From Eledone cirrhosa (lineage: Eukaryota), in NCBI GenBank assembly GCA_964016885.1, contig OZ024741.1, positions 21,390,001 through 21,454,000 of the forward strand: a stretch of 64,000 nucleotides of DNA. The letters run 5' to 3'. The position numbers were made by a program, and so were the translations under genes. How positions within the stretch are numbered: the stretch's first letter is position 1; every line of letters starts with the position of its first letter. Below, piece by piece: positions 1-13,614 of the stretch. Under the pieces are notes generated by a model. The model searched no databases and was not told where the DNA came from. It saw nothing but the letters and a program-made list of their open reading frames with translations.

Positions 1-289
1 GCATCACACTAAAAAAATTGAAGTATTTTCTCTAACACAACAAATTTTCACATCAATCTGTTCAGCAGTGAAGATACTATAAACATTTGAGCAAGACAAG
101 GTCAGCCGACTGGACACTGCCCACAACAGGACAACCCATCTAACCCATGCTAGAGTGGAAGAAAAGACGTAAAATCGTGATGATAATGATGATGATGATT
201 TGAAATAACAAATCGACTTTTAGATATTTTCTGCTAAATCATTCTAGGATGTTAAGAGTGAACAAAAATTAAAAAAATTAAAAAATTAC

Positions 290-359
290 AAAAGGTCCTT
301 CAAGTCTTGCTTTGTTTTCTGGATAATACTCTGGAACATTTCACTTCGGTGGCTTAATT
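290..359 (-). CDS. PSAT1: Phosphoserine aminotransferase, coding exon 3 (gene continues beyond left edge)
   Basis: 70-nt exon, tatcAG acceptor and GTaatt donor. Reads (E)LSHRSEMFQSIIQKTKQDLKDL(L), containing the SerC/PSAT 'E[ML]SHRS' motif. Phase 1 entry matches exon 2. Confidence 0.93.
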
Positions 360-479
360 CTGATAGGAATCAAAATAATGGCAAGAATTAATGAAAAATA
401 AAATAACAAAACAAATAATATAAATTACCATATTTTTAATGACATACTTTGTAGTTTAATTAATTAATGATAAAATGCT

Positions 480-1030
480 TCCAGTACATGCTGTAAGATG
501 GTAGTGCTGGTGACATGACAAAATGTACCCCATCTACACTGTAAGGTGGTAGTGCTGGTGACATGACAAAATGTACCCCATCTACACTGTAAGGTGGTAG
601 TGCTGGTGACATGACAAAATGTACCCCATCTACACTGTAAGGTGGTAGTGCTGGTGACATGACAAAATATACCCTATCTACACTGTAAGGTGGTAGTGCT
701 GGTGACATGACAAAATGTACCCCATCTACACTGTTAGGTGGTAGTGCTGGTGACATGACAAAATATACCCCATCTACACTGTAAGGTGGTAGTGCTGGTG
801 ACATGACAAAATGTACCCCATCTACACTGTAAGGTGGTAGTGCTGGTGACATGACAAAATGTACCCCATCTACTCTCCAAGGTGGTAGTGCTGGTGACAT
901 GATAAAATACTCCCAGTACATGTTATTAAGTGGTAGTGCTGGTGACATGATAAAATACTCCCAGTACATGTTATTAAGTGGTAGTGCTGGTGACATGATA
1001 AAATACTCCCAGTACATGCTGTAAAATGGT
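480..1030. repeat. 48/45-bp minisatellite in PSAT1 intron 2
   Basis: About 11 tandem units of GTAAGGTGGTAGTGCTGGTGACATGACAAAATGTACCCCATCTACACT. Explains ORF 460..1017. Related units at 22940-23120 and 28085-28300. Confidence 0.95.
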
Positions 1031-1059
1031 TGGCATTAGGAATGGTATTCAGTCATAGA

Positions 1060-1204
1060 ATGGTGATGATGGTGGTGATGATAATGATGATGACGGTGCT
1101 GATGATAATGGTGGTGAGATGGTGGTGGTGGTGATGATGATGGTGTTGATGATGGTGTTGATGGTGGTGTTGATGTTGGTGTTGATGATGATGATGATGA
1201 TGAT
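1060..1204. repeat. (GAT/GGT)n trinucleotide low-complexity tract
   Basis: Direct reading; produces spurious poly-His/Ser ORFs. Confidence 0.9.
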
Positions 1205-1241
1205 TTAAAAAGAGTAAAACAAAAGTAATTGTCCAACTCAC

Positions 1242-1302
1242 CCAATATACTCATACCAGTTTCCTTGTAATTCAACATTTCATTTTGAATCTCATTCAAA
1301 AC
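1242..1302 (-). CDS. PSAT1: Phosphoserine aminotransferase, coding exon 2
   Basis: 61-nt exon, ttgaAG / GTgagt. Reads VLNEIQNEMLNYKETGMSIL(E), matching the PSAT1 pattern VLxEIQxELLxYxxxGxSVLE. Confidence 0.93.
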
Positions 1303-2055
1303 CTTCAAGACAATAACAAGATTATATAAGACATGATGGCAGCAAATTATCAGAGTTGTTAAAACATTGGATAGAATGATATGTGGTATTTGTTCTGGCT
1401 CTCAGATGTCTCAGTTCAAATCCAGTCGAGGTCAACTTTGCTTTTCATCTATTCAAGGTCTTAAAAAAGTACCAGTCATGTATTGGTGTAGATTCTTCCT
1501 CTGTAACTCTTTCTCACTTCCATGATTTACACAATAAACACACCCAGTACACACTGTAAAGTGGTTGGTGATAGGAAGGGCATTCAGTCAGAGAAAACTT
1601 GCAAGAGAAAGGGTTGAGAGGACCCTGTAATTGTGTGAAGGGCATGACAACTTCCCTAATGTTGATGATTTATATGATAAATGCATCCAGTACATACTGT
1701 AAAGTGGTTGCTGATAGGAAGGGCATCCAGTCATACAATACTTGCCAAACAACAGGATTGGGAGGGCCCTCAGTTGTCTCAAAGGCATGGCAACCTCTCC
1801 TCAGCACTTGATGAAGCATGGGACTGTACATAAGTACACAGGTCCCTGGCTTGCCTGGGAGATTGGTGGCTCTGCTTCAGGACTGACTTGGTCTATATAG
1901 ACCCATCCAACTCTTGCTAGCAGGGAAAGCAGATGTTAAAATAACAATGATGATGATGATGGTGATGTTGTTGTTGTTGTTACAGCTCACACCTATGCAC
2001 GTTTAGCTGGCCTCTTCCAAGGTATACCTCGTTGGAGGTGTCTTGGGTGATTTAA

Positions 2056-2213
2056 TGATAGGAACTCTATCATCTCATTTCTACAGCTAAGTAAACTGGA
2101 GCAACGTGAAATAAAGTGTCTTAATCAAGGAAACAACACATCACCCAGTCCGAGAATTGAACTCACAACCTTTCGATTGCAAGCCCAATGCTCTAAGCAC
2201 TAAGCCATGCGCC
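2056..2213 (-). mobile_element. tRNA-derived SINE (family B)
   Basis: Minus strand has A-box-like TGGCTTAGTGCTTAG and B-box-like GAGTTCAATTC, then CCTTGATTAAGACACTTTATTTCAC. Matches 37749-37890 and 21200-21352. Confidence 0.75.
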
Positions 2214-3019
2214 ATGATGATGGTGATGATGATGAATCACTCACTCTCGATCCTTTTCTGGAAGAAATCTGCTGTATTTAGACCTTGAGAGGATTTATTA
2301 ATAAGAAGAGTTGAAATTAATCCATGTAATATTTCACAGCTCTAGCATCACTCCCTCATAGTCAGATTATGTACTTTTTCAGCCTGTCCTCATATATCCA
2401 GCTAGTAGAAGCACTCAGCCATGCTTTGGTGCCAGATATTAAAAAACATTATTTTGTTTAACTTTAATGATTTCTACATATATATATATCGGGGTTCAGT
2501 TGGTGCTAATGTGAAGGTCATCCAGCTTTAAAATCATTTACCAATTTTCCAAAGAAACATAATATTCATGCTAGCACAGAAACTTGTCATGAAGAATTAG
2601 GTTACATAAATGATGAGGACTGCAAATATAATAATGCTTAGGTAGTTATTTATTTCCTCTATGCTTAGATGAGCGAAGTCATTTATAAAGTAAAGCATAT
2701 GTGGCAAATTGGTAGGGTAGAGTTGTTAGGACATCGGATAGAATGGTAGAGTTGTTAGGACATCGGATAGAATGCTTCGTAGTTTCATTCCGGCTCTCTG
2801 CTCTCTGAGTTCAAATCCCGCCAAGGTCAACTTTACTTTTCATCCATTTGAGGTTAATAAAAAAGTACCAGTCTAGTACTGGAGTCAATTCTTCCTCTAT
2901 ATCTCTTTCTCACTCTCTCTCTCCTTCTCTGAAAGAAATCTGCTGTATTCAGACCTGGAGAGATGGGTTCTGCCAGGTTTTAAAAATGCCCTAGAAATGC
3001 TGTATGTCAATATGGCGCC

Positions 3020-3500
3020 CCTATGACTCCTCAGGAGTTACAGGTCCATGCCATATGTGGAATTATTCGGTAATCAGAAGAAGGACAGTATGTGTAAAAG
3101 TGAAACTCACTATCTTCAATTCCGATGGTCCGGAATCTTGGGTAATGACCAAAAAAATATGATCACAAATGCAAGCATCCGAAATAGGATCCCTCTGAAG
3201 GGTCTTTGGATTTTGGGATTAACGTTACTCAATACAGTGCTTAGCTCGGAGATGAGAGAGTCACTCCATGTAGAGCTGCTACCTCTCCGACTTGAGAGAT
3301 CACAGCTCTGATACTATGGGGATATGGATATCTCAGGAAAGAATCGTTGGACAGATTTTATAGGCAAAACCAACCGGCAAGAGATCCAGGGGTAGACTCT
3401 GAGCAAGATGGTTGGATAACATTAATGGGCTTGGCTAGTCTCACTTGGAGATCCAGTTGGAGACCGTTACTTCTGACAGGACCTGGTGGAAGGAGTGTTT
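3020..3500 (+). mobile_element. Degenerate RTE-type LINE 3' fragment
   Basis: Reads ...SSEMRESLHVELLPLRLERSQL*YYG...RWLDNI, the post-RT region of RTE-clade LINEs. Homologous to the minus-strand copy at 15780-16120. Confidence 0.6.
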
Positions 3501-4211
3501 CCGGACTCTGGTCCCTAGACTCTCTCGGGAATAAGTGGGTATGACAACCACTTTGTGCATCAAGGAAGATGTGTGCAGATGGCACAGCTGAGAATGTCAA
3601 TGTAAAAATGTAAACATTAAAATGTTTATTTTTGCTGTCAACACATTTTTAAACAGACATATCTATATATACAAACAGGCATATTTATATATACATGTAT
3701 ATATATATATATTTATATATACATGTATATATATATTTATAAGATATACGTATTATCTTTGGACAATAAAACATCTATCTATATTGTTTTAATCTATGTT
3801 TGTCTATCTCTTTATTTATCTACATAACTGTCTAGCTATCTACATATCTATCTGTCTATCGATCTATACTTGTATATCTGTCTGTCTATCTACAGCTATA
3901 TACTTATCTATATTTACCAATATATCTACCTTTGGACAAGAACAAAGCACGAATCCCAATAGCAGTCCAAAGATGGACAAATACATAGGTAAAATAATGG
4001 GTATATGTTTGATAATGATACAAAAATAAAATATTGAAGAAATTATTGTAATTAATGAAAAATGAAATATGGCAATGACGAGAGTGACAACCGAAAACTC
4101 AAAGATTTCGGCATTTTTATATAGAACGTTCTAATCAAGATATTATTAAATAAAATTTTTTTTTTACTACAAAACCTGTTGTTTTTTTTTACTCGTACTA
4201 TGCTAGTATAT

Positions 4212-4394
4212 ATAATTGTTTCTACTATTGGCACAAGGCCAGAAATTACCCAGTACATTACTGGTACTTTATTTTATCGACCCCGTAAGGATGAAAGGCA
4301 AAGTTAACCTCGGCGGGATTTGAACTCAGAATCGCAAGGGCCGTAACTCTATGCGTCAAAGCATTGCGTCCGACCCTCTACCGATACTGCCAAT
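4212..4394 (-). mobile_element. tRNA-derived SINE (family A)
   Basis: A-box-like TGGCAGTATCGGTAG and B-box GAGTTCAAATCCC, then the conserved core GCCTTTCATCCTTACGGGGTCGATAAAATAAAAGTACCAGT. Many near-identical copies in the window. Confidence 0.85.
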
Positions 4395-4569
4395 GGGAGG
4401 GGTACACACACACGCAACATACACGCGAAGTGGTTATTTTTTAAACTTATTTTATATGTGTATAATATTTATTTTTAAAAAATCGTTTCTCTGCAACACA
4501 CGAGAGAGAGAAATAAAAAAAGGAGAAAAAATGAAAAAAAAAAAAGAGGAAAAAAAAGGTTTTACTCAC

Positions 4570-4626
4570 ATCAAGAGGCATCATAGAAGGGCCGGGCCCA
4601 AAATTTATCTTTCGTCCATTAGACAT
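4570..4626 (-). CDS. PSAT1: Phosphoserine aminotransferase, coding exon 1 (ATG at 4626)
   Basis: MSNGRKINFGPGPSMMPLD followed by a GTgagt donor. NFGPGP is the conserved N-terminal SerC/PSAT motif. Phase 0 joins exon 2. Confidence 0.92.
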
Positions 4627-4918
4627 TGCAGAGATATAAATGAGATAAGAAAAAGATAATAGGACAAATAGAAACTAGTTCTGTAGGTAAAATAGCTCAG
4701 ATGAAAAACAGAAGTTATACAATATACATGCATATACTGAGAACTTTACGATGGTGTGTGACAGTGACCCAGAATTTGCGAAATATTAATTCAATAAGCA
4801 ACGTGGTTTAAATTAAATTCTGCAAAGTTGTAATATACAGAATCACGTGGGTGGAGTGTCTACTCAGTGGTGAAGAGAGCAGAGGGGACAGAGCAGCTGT
4901 CACCGGTCGTTATAATAT

Positions 4919-4975
<57 letters not shown>

Positions 4976-5181
4976 GAGACGTATAGAGATTGTTTTAGCA
5001 AGAAGCTAACGGCATTCTATAACATATATGCGACTATAACGTCAATATATATATATATGCGAAAGTTCTATTTAAAATTGTTGGGATACAACAAGTAAAT
5101 ATTTTTATAACTGATATAAAGCACTCGACAAATATTTGGAGTAGATATACAAAGCTTATTTGTAAAACTGTTATATATTGT

Positions 5182-5244
5182 ATTTTGTCTGATGAAGGTA
5201 TACCATAATTTAATTTGGTATCCCTGAAATATGTATAATGAAAT
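5182..5244 (+). ncRNA. Type I hammerhead ribozyme, family A
   Basis: Stem I ATTTTGT / CTGATGA (5189) / stem II AGGtATACCA..TGGTATcCCT / GAAA / TATGTA / TA (AUA cleavage triplet) / ATGAAAT, overlapping AATAAA. Confidence 0.75.
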
Positions 5245-5284
5245 AAATATGGTTTTATAAATTTAGTTTCCATTTATTAATATC

Positions 5285-5326
<42 letters not shown>

Positions 5327-5461
5327 TGCAGATTATATATATATATATATATATATAATTGTTTCTACTTTAGGCACAAGGCCAGCAATTACCCAGTGCA
5401 TTACTGGTACTTTATTTTATCTACCCCGATATTTATATATAATATTTATATATAATATATA

Positions 5462-5533
<72 letters not shown>

Positions 5534-5597
5534 TATCCATTTTTCACTATATATATATATATATGCATATATATATATATATGCATATATATATATA

Positions 5598-5860
<263 letters not shown>

Positions 5861-5939
5861 TTATATTAAAACTTTTATACTCTGCTATGTATTGAGTACC
5901 TTACTTACTGTGGTTACCTCCGATTCAACCCGGAATAAC

Positions 5940-5975
<36 letters not shown>

Positions 5976-5992
5976 GATATTAATAAAACCAT

Positions 5993-6052
5993 ATATTATA
6001 CATATTTCAGGGATACCAAATTAAATTATGGTATGCCTTCATCAGACAAAAT
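5993..6052 (-). ncRNA. Hammerhead family A copy with a deleted stem I 3' strand (probably defective)
   Basis: Minus strand CTGATGA AGGCATACCA..TGGTATCCCT GAAA TATGTA TA, but the downstream ATGAAATAA segment is missing. Confidence 0.55.
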
Positions 6053-6280
6053 ACAATATATAACAGTTTTACAAATAAGCTTTGACGTACCCTTTTAAAA
6101 TGCGACCATTATTTTTGGAAGCCATCATCCCTGAAATATGTATAATGAAATAAATATGGTTTTATAAATATAGTTTCCATTTATTAATATCGTATATCTA
6201 CTCCAAATACTTGTCGAGTGCTTTATATCAGTTATAAAAATATTTACTTGTTGTATCGCAACAATTTTAAATAGAACTTT

Positions 6281-6360
<80 letters not shown>

Positions 6361-6420
6361 AAAATGGAACGGGAACAAAACAGAGAGGCAGTACGAACAA
6401 AGGTTTATTAGTTTCACGCT

Positions 6421-6492
<72 letters not shown>

Positions 6493-6784
6493 GAGGTTAT
6501 ATTTAATTTGTTGGGATTCAACAAGCTTAAACATTTTTATAACTGATATAAAGCACTCAACAAATTAGTGGAGTAAATATACAATCACTAAATTCTGTGG
6601 ATGAATCTATATCCTGATTCTCTTTGAGTTGAGTTTGAATTATTTTTCCCACATCTTACGTTAACTATTTTTCCCATTTTGACGCTATAGTCACTTATAT
6701 ATTATGGAATACTGTTGGCTTTTTGCTACAATGTTTTCTATACCTTTCATTTATAATATATATGTTTCCATTTGTTAATATATC

Positions 6785-6830
<46 letters not shown>

Positions 6831-7055
6831 CGAGAGAGAGACAGTTGTGAAGGCGCCAACTGTTACAGTGTGAATGTCTGCTAGCCTTTTCTCCTACAAT
6901 TCATGGTTAATTTCATTTGTCATAGAAATTTTTTTTCTTTCAACGAACAATACTTCCTTTCAATTTTCTTCTTGAATTTAAAAAGAAGAAAACGTTTTCA
7001 CTGGTTTGCTTTCTATCTGATTATTTTTTTCAACTGGTTCAATGATAAATGTATG

Positions 7056-7179
<124 letters not shown>

Positions 7180-7282
7180 TAGATAGATTTTGAGTTTATG
7201 TTGGTTGTATACCAACACCTCAGTATGCAGGCTGGAGCACTCGACGAAGTGCACAAGTTGGTTTGGTTACTCCGGAGTAGTG

Positions 7283-7796
<514 letters not shown>

Positions 7797-7852
7797 ATAT
7801 ATATAATAAAATAATGAATAAACAAAGAAACAGTTCCTTATATTAAAAAAAT

Positions 7853-7994
7853 TCATCATTTTACGATCGTTTCTAGGATATATATGTGTTAGAGTTGGTA
7901 TGCATATTCTATAGATCTGTGTACAATATTTATACAAACTATCAGAGGGAATATACATACCTACACATATATATGCTGTCTTCAGAAATAATGA
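7853..7994 (-). ncRNA. Type I hammerhead ribozyme with extended stem II, family C
   Basis: TCATTATTT / CTGAAGA / ~105-nt stem II (ATATATATGTGT..GTATGTATATTC...GAATATGCATAC..ACACATATATAT) / GAAA / CGATCG / TA / AAATGATGA. 9-bp stem I and palindromic stem III. Confidence 0.8.
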
Positions 7995-8690
7995 TATTTG
8001 TTTATTGAAAAAAAAATAAAGATTCAATACAATAGGTCTGTTTGGGAACAGGTTTTGAATTGACCAATAGAGAGATAGTGAGGGTCAAGATAGTAATATA
8101 GTAGTAGAAGAACCTTAAATTATGGGTAGATGAAGGTAGATTTCAGTTTTGGATGGAAAAGAATATTATGAATGAAAGATTATTTTAGGGATGAAAATAG
8201 GTCGTATGCTGACCTCAGAAATAATTATATTTGTTCATTGAATAAACCCAACAAAGATCTAATATATTCTGTCTGTTTGGTAAGAGGTTTAGAACTAACC
8301 AATAGAAAGTTAATAATTGGCCAAATGGTAAAATAGTAGTAATTGAAGCTTATTTTAGGGGTAGAATAAGGCAGATTTCAGTTTTGAATGGAGTGTGAAG
8401 AATGAGAAAGTTATTTTAGGGGTGAAAATAGGTCAGGCCAGTAAAAAGTATATGAGCAGTTGCTGTTATAAACCAGTAATGCCAATGCAAATATCTAAGG
8501 AGACTAAAATTTTATGATAAGAGTGTTAGTGAAAAAAATACATCTATGAAAAGAATATAAATTAATTTAATTGATGGGTATATTTATATTGATAAAATTA
8601 TACTAATGTATATAGATATGATAAATAAGAGTTAGATGCAGTTGAAGAGTGCTGTTAAAGATGAGGGGAAATTAAAAGAATATAAAAATA

Positions 8691-8733
<43 letters not shown>

Positions 8734-8748
8734 CACACACACATATAT

Positions 8749-8853
<105 letters not shown>

Positions 8854-9159
8854 CACACATATATACATACATACATACACATATATATACACACACATAC
8901 ATAGTTACATATACATATAATTATTTGGGGGGGGGGGGTTAAATTTATTAGTGAGAAATAATAAATATATAGAGATTTCAAGGAACATAGAGTCATAACC
9001 TGAAGTTAAGGCATTATATATGTTTACTTAATGGTATCAGTTTTAGGAAATGATAGTTGTAAGAAGGAAAGTAAAATTATGTGGTTCATCAGTAGTAGAA
9101 TATTAATTATAGGTTAACTAAATTAAAAACAGTTTATATATTAATTTCTAAAGTGTATA

Positions 9160-9580
9160 TTAATTAGGTTTATAATATTTAAAGGTTTTTCTCAGTTTAT
9201 GATTACACGATATTATTAATTCCTGTCGCTTATTTAATAGGATATCCTTAGATTTCATTATTTCAAAAAGTTCTTGGGAACATAATCTACATTCATATCT
9301 ACTATTTTGATAAGGGGTGGCCCTTTTGAGCACACTCCAGGTCAGGTCATAATCTATATTCCTCTTTCTATAATTATTAATTATTTCAGCAAGAGATGTT
9401 GTATTAGCTAGTGCGGCATTTTTAAAACTATGTTTGTGGGTATTAAATCTTACCTTAAATTTGTTAGAGGTAGCTCCTATATATGAATAAATTGAGTCCT
9501 TAGTGTTAACTTTACATTTATATACTATGTTATTAACAAGGCAATTTCCTTTTAATGGACAGTTTGCCTTGTTTCTACAT
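9160..9580 (-). pseudogene. GIY-YIG endonuclease domain of a Penelope-like element (5'-truncated, open frame)
   Basis: CRNKANCPLKGNCL..IVYKCKV..SYIGATSNKFKVRFNTHKHSF..TSLAE..WSVL..PY..CRLC..E..LLNKRQE..CNH. This is a GIY-YIG (VY..YIG) domain with Cys motifs typical of PLE endonucleases. The ORF start at 9627 lies in the inverted pLTR. Confidence 0.85.
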
Positions 9581-9872
9581 AAAATATTGTACATAGATCT
9601 ATAGAATATGCATACCAACTCTAACACATATATATCCTAGAAACGATCGTAAAATGATGAATTTTTTTTAATATAAGGAACTGTTTCTTTGTTTATTCAT
9701 TATTTTATTAATTTATCTTGACTCTGTTTTCCGTTAATTTTCACCGAAAATAGTTTTTGAATGCATCTTCTCTTTTCATGATATCCGGATTACATTGAGT
9801 TCTTCATACGGATTGGACACTACCGTAAATTTTTGGTAGATTTATCTACATATATATATGTATATATATATA

Positions 9873-10073
9873 TAATTAGAAAGTGAACAACACAAACTAT
9901 AACTACTCCATTATCAAAGGTTTCTGGATCCCAGACAATAATGATATGCGTCTGGATTGGTCGTCAGACAGAGATGTTATTATTATTGTCTGGAGATGTA
10001 TATTATTATTGTCTGAGATCCAGAAACCTTTGGTAACGGAGTAGTTATATTTTGTGTTGTTCACTTTCTAATT
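9873..10073. mobile_element. Inverted-repeat pLTR fragment carrying hammerhead family D
   Basis: About 70-bp imperfect arms (9873-9942 / 10004-10073). Minus strand 9906-9973 reads CTCTGT/CTGACGA/..CCAGAC..GTCTGG../GAAA CCTTTGA TA/ATGGAG. The right arm has the better-paired GAAA CCTTTGG TA ACGGAG. Confidence 0.6.
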
Positions 10074-10428
10074 AAATAGCTCTGTTCTATACATAGAGCA
10101 CTCTTCTTTCCATTGCTTTTCCTTCAAAATTACCTAACATATATATTTATACTCTCGGGTCTTGATTAATCGTCCCCACCCCACGCTTATTAATTTTTTA
10201 AGACATCAAACCCCTACTCACCCCGCTTATTAAATTTTGCTAATCTATCTCCAGTGAAATTTTATTTTAAGTGATAGCATTCCTGCATCAATTAATTTTC
10301 TTTATACGTTAAAAGACATGTACATTACTAGAAATCCCATACGTTATGAAATATATAGGATGGGTTGGGGTCTCAATATGTAAACTAAACAACTGATAAA
10401 TTATCGATCCCTCGCCCATTATTTGGGA

Positions 10429-10543
<115 letters not shown>

Positions 10544-10583
10544 TGCGAAGTAGTTTCAGATGTTAAAGTCCTTTATTAGTAAT

Positions 10584-10658
10584 GCTGTGATACATATTTC
10601 AATGACAACACTGGCCACAAGATTCCGTATACCCAGTGCCGTGACATCATCAGACAGC
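10584..10658 (-). ncRNA. Type I hammerhead ribozyme, family E
   Basis: GCTGT / CTGATGA / TGTcACGGCACTGG..CCAGTGTTGTcATT / GAAA / TATGTA / TC (AUC) / ACAGC, AATAAA 6 nt downstream, TATATAA just upstream. Confidence 0.8.
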
Positions 10659-10770
10659 TTCTTATATAATAAGGTTACCTTCCCAAGGCAATCCAAACAA
10701 ATGAGAAGGGAACGGACAAGGCGTGTGTTCTTGAATCGCCTGCCCGTTCCCCTGTGGTCAACAATTCACC

Positions 10771-10861
<91 letters not shown>

Positions 10862-10865
<4 letters not shown>

Positions 10866-12364
10866 CAAAGGCCTATAGCAGCGGTATGTCCCATTGCGGG
10901 CTCTGCAACCTTGAATTGCTGCACATCTTAAGGAACAATAAAATGCTACTCAACAGCAAAATAGAAAGGTCAATTTTCTGCAGACATAGGATTGCTACAA
11001 AATTCGCGAGATTTAAACCACCCTCATTTGAACCAGCTTCCCCTATTTTAAGGGAAAACCACGTAGCATTTAACATATGAAATCCATATTCTCACACAGC
11101 CCACTTCAGAACCAGAATCTACTATAAACACCTTATAGCCTCCCTAAATCTATACCACTAGGATGGGGCAGTAATGTCTACACTTATCTTGTCAGCCCAT
11201 AAATCAATCCCATCTTTGCTGTTGTTCACTCCTTCGGACCAAACAATTATATCTACGTATCTCACATTAGCACTCATGATCCCTAACAGATGAACTTAAT
11301 TCTAAGTACATTATCTTATTACTCCTACACTCCTTGAAATCTTATTTTCTTCTTCTTATTATTATTATGATCATCTCAATGTATCCCTAATTTTATTTAT
11401 CATGTTCTCTCTATTTACCATGCACATTTTATTATTTTATTACTTTTATTGTCTCTATTATTGTTGTTATTATTGTCTTATTTATACACTATTTGTTATT
11501 GATGTTGTGAAAACTAAACCCCCATGATTCGAACTAACAATCCCAACTTTTAGAATAGGCCACTTAAATACCGAATCTACAACTTCACTTAATACCACAT
11601 AAAAGCCATATATCTCTATGCACCCACTCTATCATTCTCACTAAGTTGATATAACGAAAATACTTATCTGTCAAACTATAAATCAATCTCCGGTTTATTG
11701 CTAGTGTGCTTTTAGACCTACAGCACACGTATATACCTCATAATTACTCCTAAATCCTGACTCCAGGTACATTTTATCAGTTATTTCTTCACCACCTTAA
11801 TACTAAATCTAATGTACCCTATAGCAGTTTTCACATGTCAATTTCATACATCTGTATTATATCAGTTCGTTTAATATGCTAGATTCATCATTATACTCTA
11901 TTTTTTTACTTATATTGATGTTATTATTTTAACTATTCAGTATCTAGTTATTTTATTATTGATATTATTGTTCTGGTTTAATACCACTCCTCTATAAAAG
12001 CCATGCCTGGAGTATCTTCCTCACTTTCGCACGCTCTGATGAAACGACTGGTTATAAACAAAGTATTGGAGATCGATTGACGCAACATCAAGCGAGTAGT
12101 GAACTCTAGACCTATCAGATCAAAGAAACAATTGTCAGCAATGTGAATAAAGCCCTTATTGTATAGCCAACCATGTCACTCTTCTTTCTTGAATTATTAT
12201 TACTCCAAGTATAAACTACATAGAAATCACCGCGAACTCGCAGCATCACTATGGAAACGTCTTGCTGAGTCAAACTAAGCCATACGTTAATACCATCCAC
12301 AACACGGAGTACTCTAACTGGACTACATCTAAGTGGACTGCCTATAACGATAACCTGTTATCCC

Positions 12365-12365
<1 letters not shown>
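10862..12365 (+). mobile_element. Second, diverged 5'-truncated Penelope-like element
   Basis: Starts at a (TA)n junction with AKAYSSGMSHCGLCNLELLHI..LLNSKIE..FCRH..FKPP, homologous to the C-terminus of the 9160-9580 endonuclease. About 1.3 kb of 3' region with an HHR, ending at (TA)n. Confidence 0.75.
12030..12145 (+). ncRNA. Type I hammerhead ribozyme with long stem II insert, family F
   Basis: cacGCT / CTGATGA (12036) / ~82-nt insert / GAAA (12125) / CAATTG / TC (GUC) / AGCaatgtg, then AATAAA at 12146. TATAAAA at about 11993. Confidence 0.6.
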
Positions 12366-12423
<58 letters not shown>

Positions 12424-12508
12424 AAAGTTCTATTTAAATTGTTGGGATACAACAAGCAAATATTTTTATAACTGATATAAAGCACTCAACAAATAATTGG
12501 AGTAAAAA

Positions 12509-13065
12509 TACGATATTAACAAATGGAAACTATATTTATAAAACCATATTTATTTCATTATACATATTTCAAGGACACCAAGTTAAATTATGGTGTGCTT
12601 TCATCAGATAAAATATAATATAGAGCAGTTTTATAAATAAATATTGACATACCCTTAAAGAATGCAACCATTACTGTTGGAAGCTCCCGGATAGTGGAGT
12701 TATATTTATACTTATAGTATTAGGTAAGTTAGTATTGGATAATTTTAAACAAGCCGTTGGGTTACGGAGAAAGAGAAAGAGAGAGATCAGAATAACAGAG
12801 AGAAATAAATAACCCAACGGCTTATTTAAAATTATCTAATACTAACTTACCTAATACTATAAGTATAAATATAACTCCACTATCCGGGAGCTTCCAACAG
12901 TAATGGTTGCATTCTTTAAGGGTATGTCAATATTTATTTATAAAACTGCTCTATATTATATTTTATCTGATGAAAGCACACCATAATTTAACTTGGTGTC
13001 CTTGAAATATGTATAATGAAATAAATATAGTTTTATAAATATAGTTTCCATTTGTTAATATCGTA
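12509..13065. mobile_element. Palindromic PLE pLTR element, ~256-bp arms, hammerhead family A on both strands
   Basis: 12509-12764 is nearly the reverse complement of 12810-13065. HHRs at 12552-12614 (-) and 12960-13022 (+). Confidence 0.8.
12960..13022 (+). ncRNA. Type I hammerhead ribozyme, family A variant
   Basis: ATTTTAT / CTGATGA / AAGcACACCA..TGGTGTcCTT / GAAA / TATGTA / TA / ATGAAAT. Compensatory stem II changes relative to the 5182 copy. Confidence 0.8.
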
Positions 13066-13360
13066 TATATTTATATATATATGAGTGAGTGGGTGTTTAC
13101 TGAAGCGGAGCTACTGACTCTCAGATGGGCGGGATCGATTCCTCAAAGGGACCAGGGGTCCGCATTTTGCTTATGTACGATCTTTCATTCTGCCGAGGGC
13201 ATTTTGTCATGGCAGTTGCTCAGATGAGGTTGCCATGACTATGGCACGACTGAAGAACTTCCTAGCCCTTTGTTTGTTTGATTTTCTACTGATGTCCTTC
13301 CTATCATCAACCACTTTACACAGTGTTCTAAGTGCCTTTATCGTATAGATCACCAACATT

Positions 13361-13614
13361 CAGGGTTGGATTTATACCTTGAGGAGGGGGGGAATTCAGG
13401 TTTGTGGGGGCCCTTATACACAAACAGTTAGAATACACAGCACCCCCCCCCCTAAATTTTACTTAACAAATTTACCTAGGCGGAAGTAAATGGAGTTGAA
13501 AAGTTATACATACAGATATTAAAGAAAAAAATTCTAACCAACTTAAAACTCATTGGCGCCTCCTAATGCAGGGGACCCGGGGCATTTGTCCTCTCCCCAT
13601 TAAAACTGGCCCTG
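13361..13614. mobile_element. Old hAT-like MITE
   Basis: Imperfect TIRs CAGGGTTGGATTTA / TAAAACTGGCCCTG flanked by a degenerate 8-bp TSD (CCAACATT / CTAACACT). Confidence 0.5.

Noticed and set aside
460-1017. 185-aa repeat protein ORF
   Set aside because: A 48/45-bp minisatellite inside PSAT1 intron 2; the unit length is a multiple of 3.
1036-1241. Poly-His/Ser protein extension of the PSAT1 exon 2 ORF
   Set aside because: Read-through past the GTGAGT donor into a (CAT/CAC)n tract.
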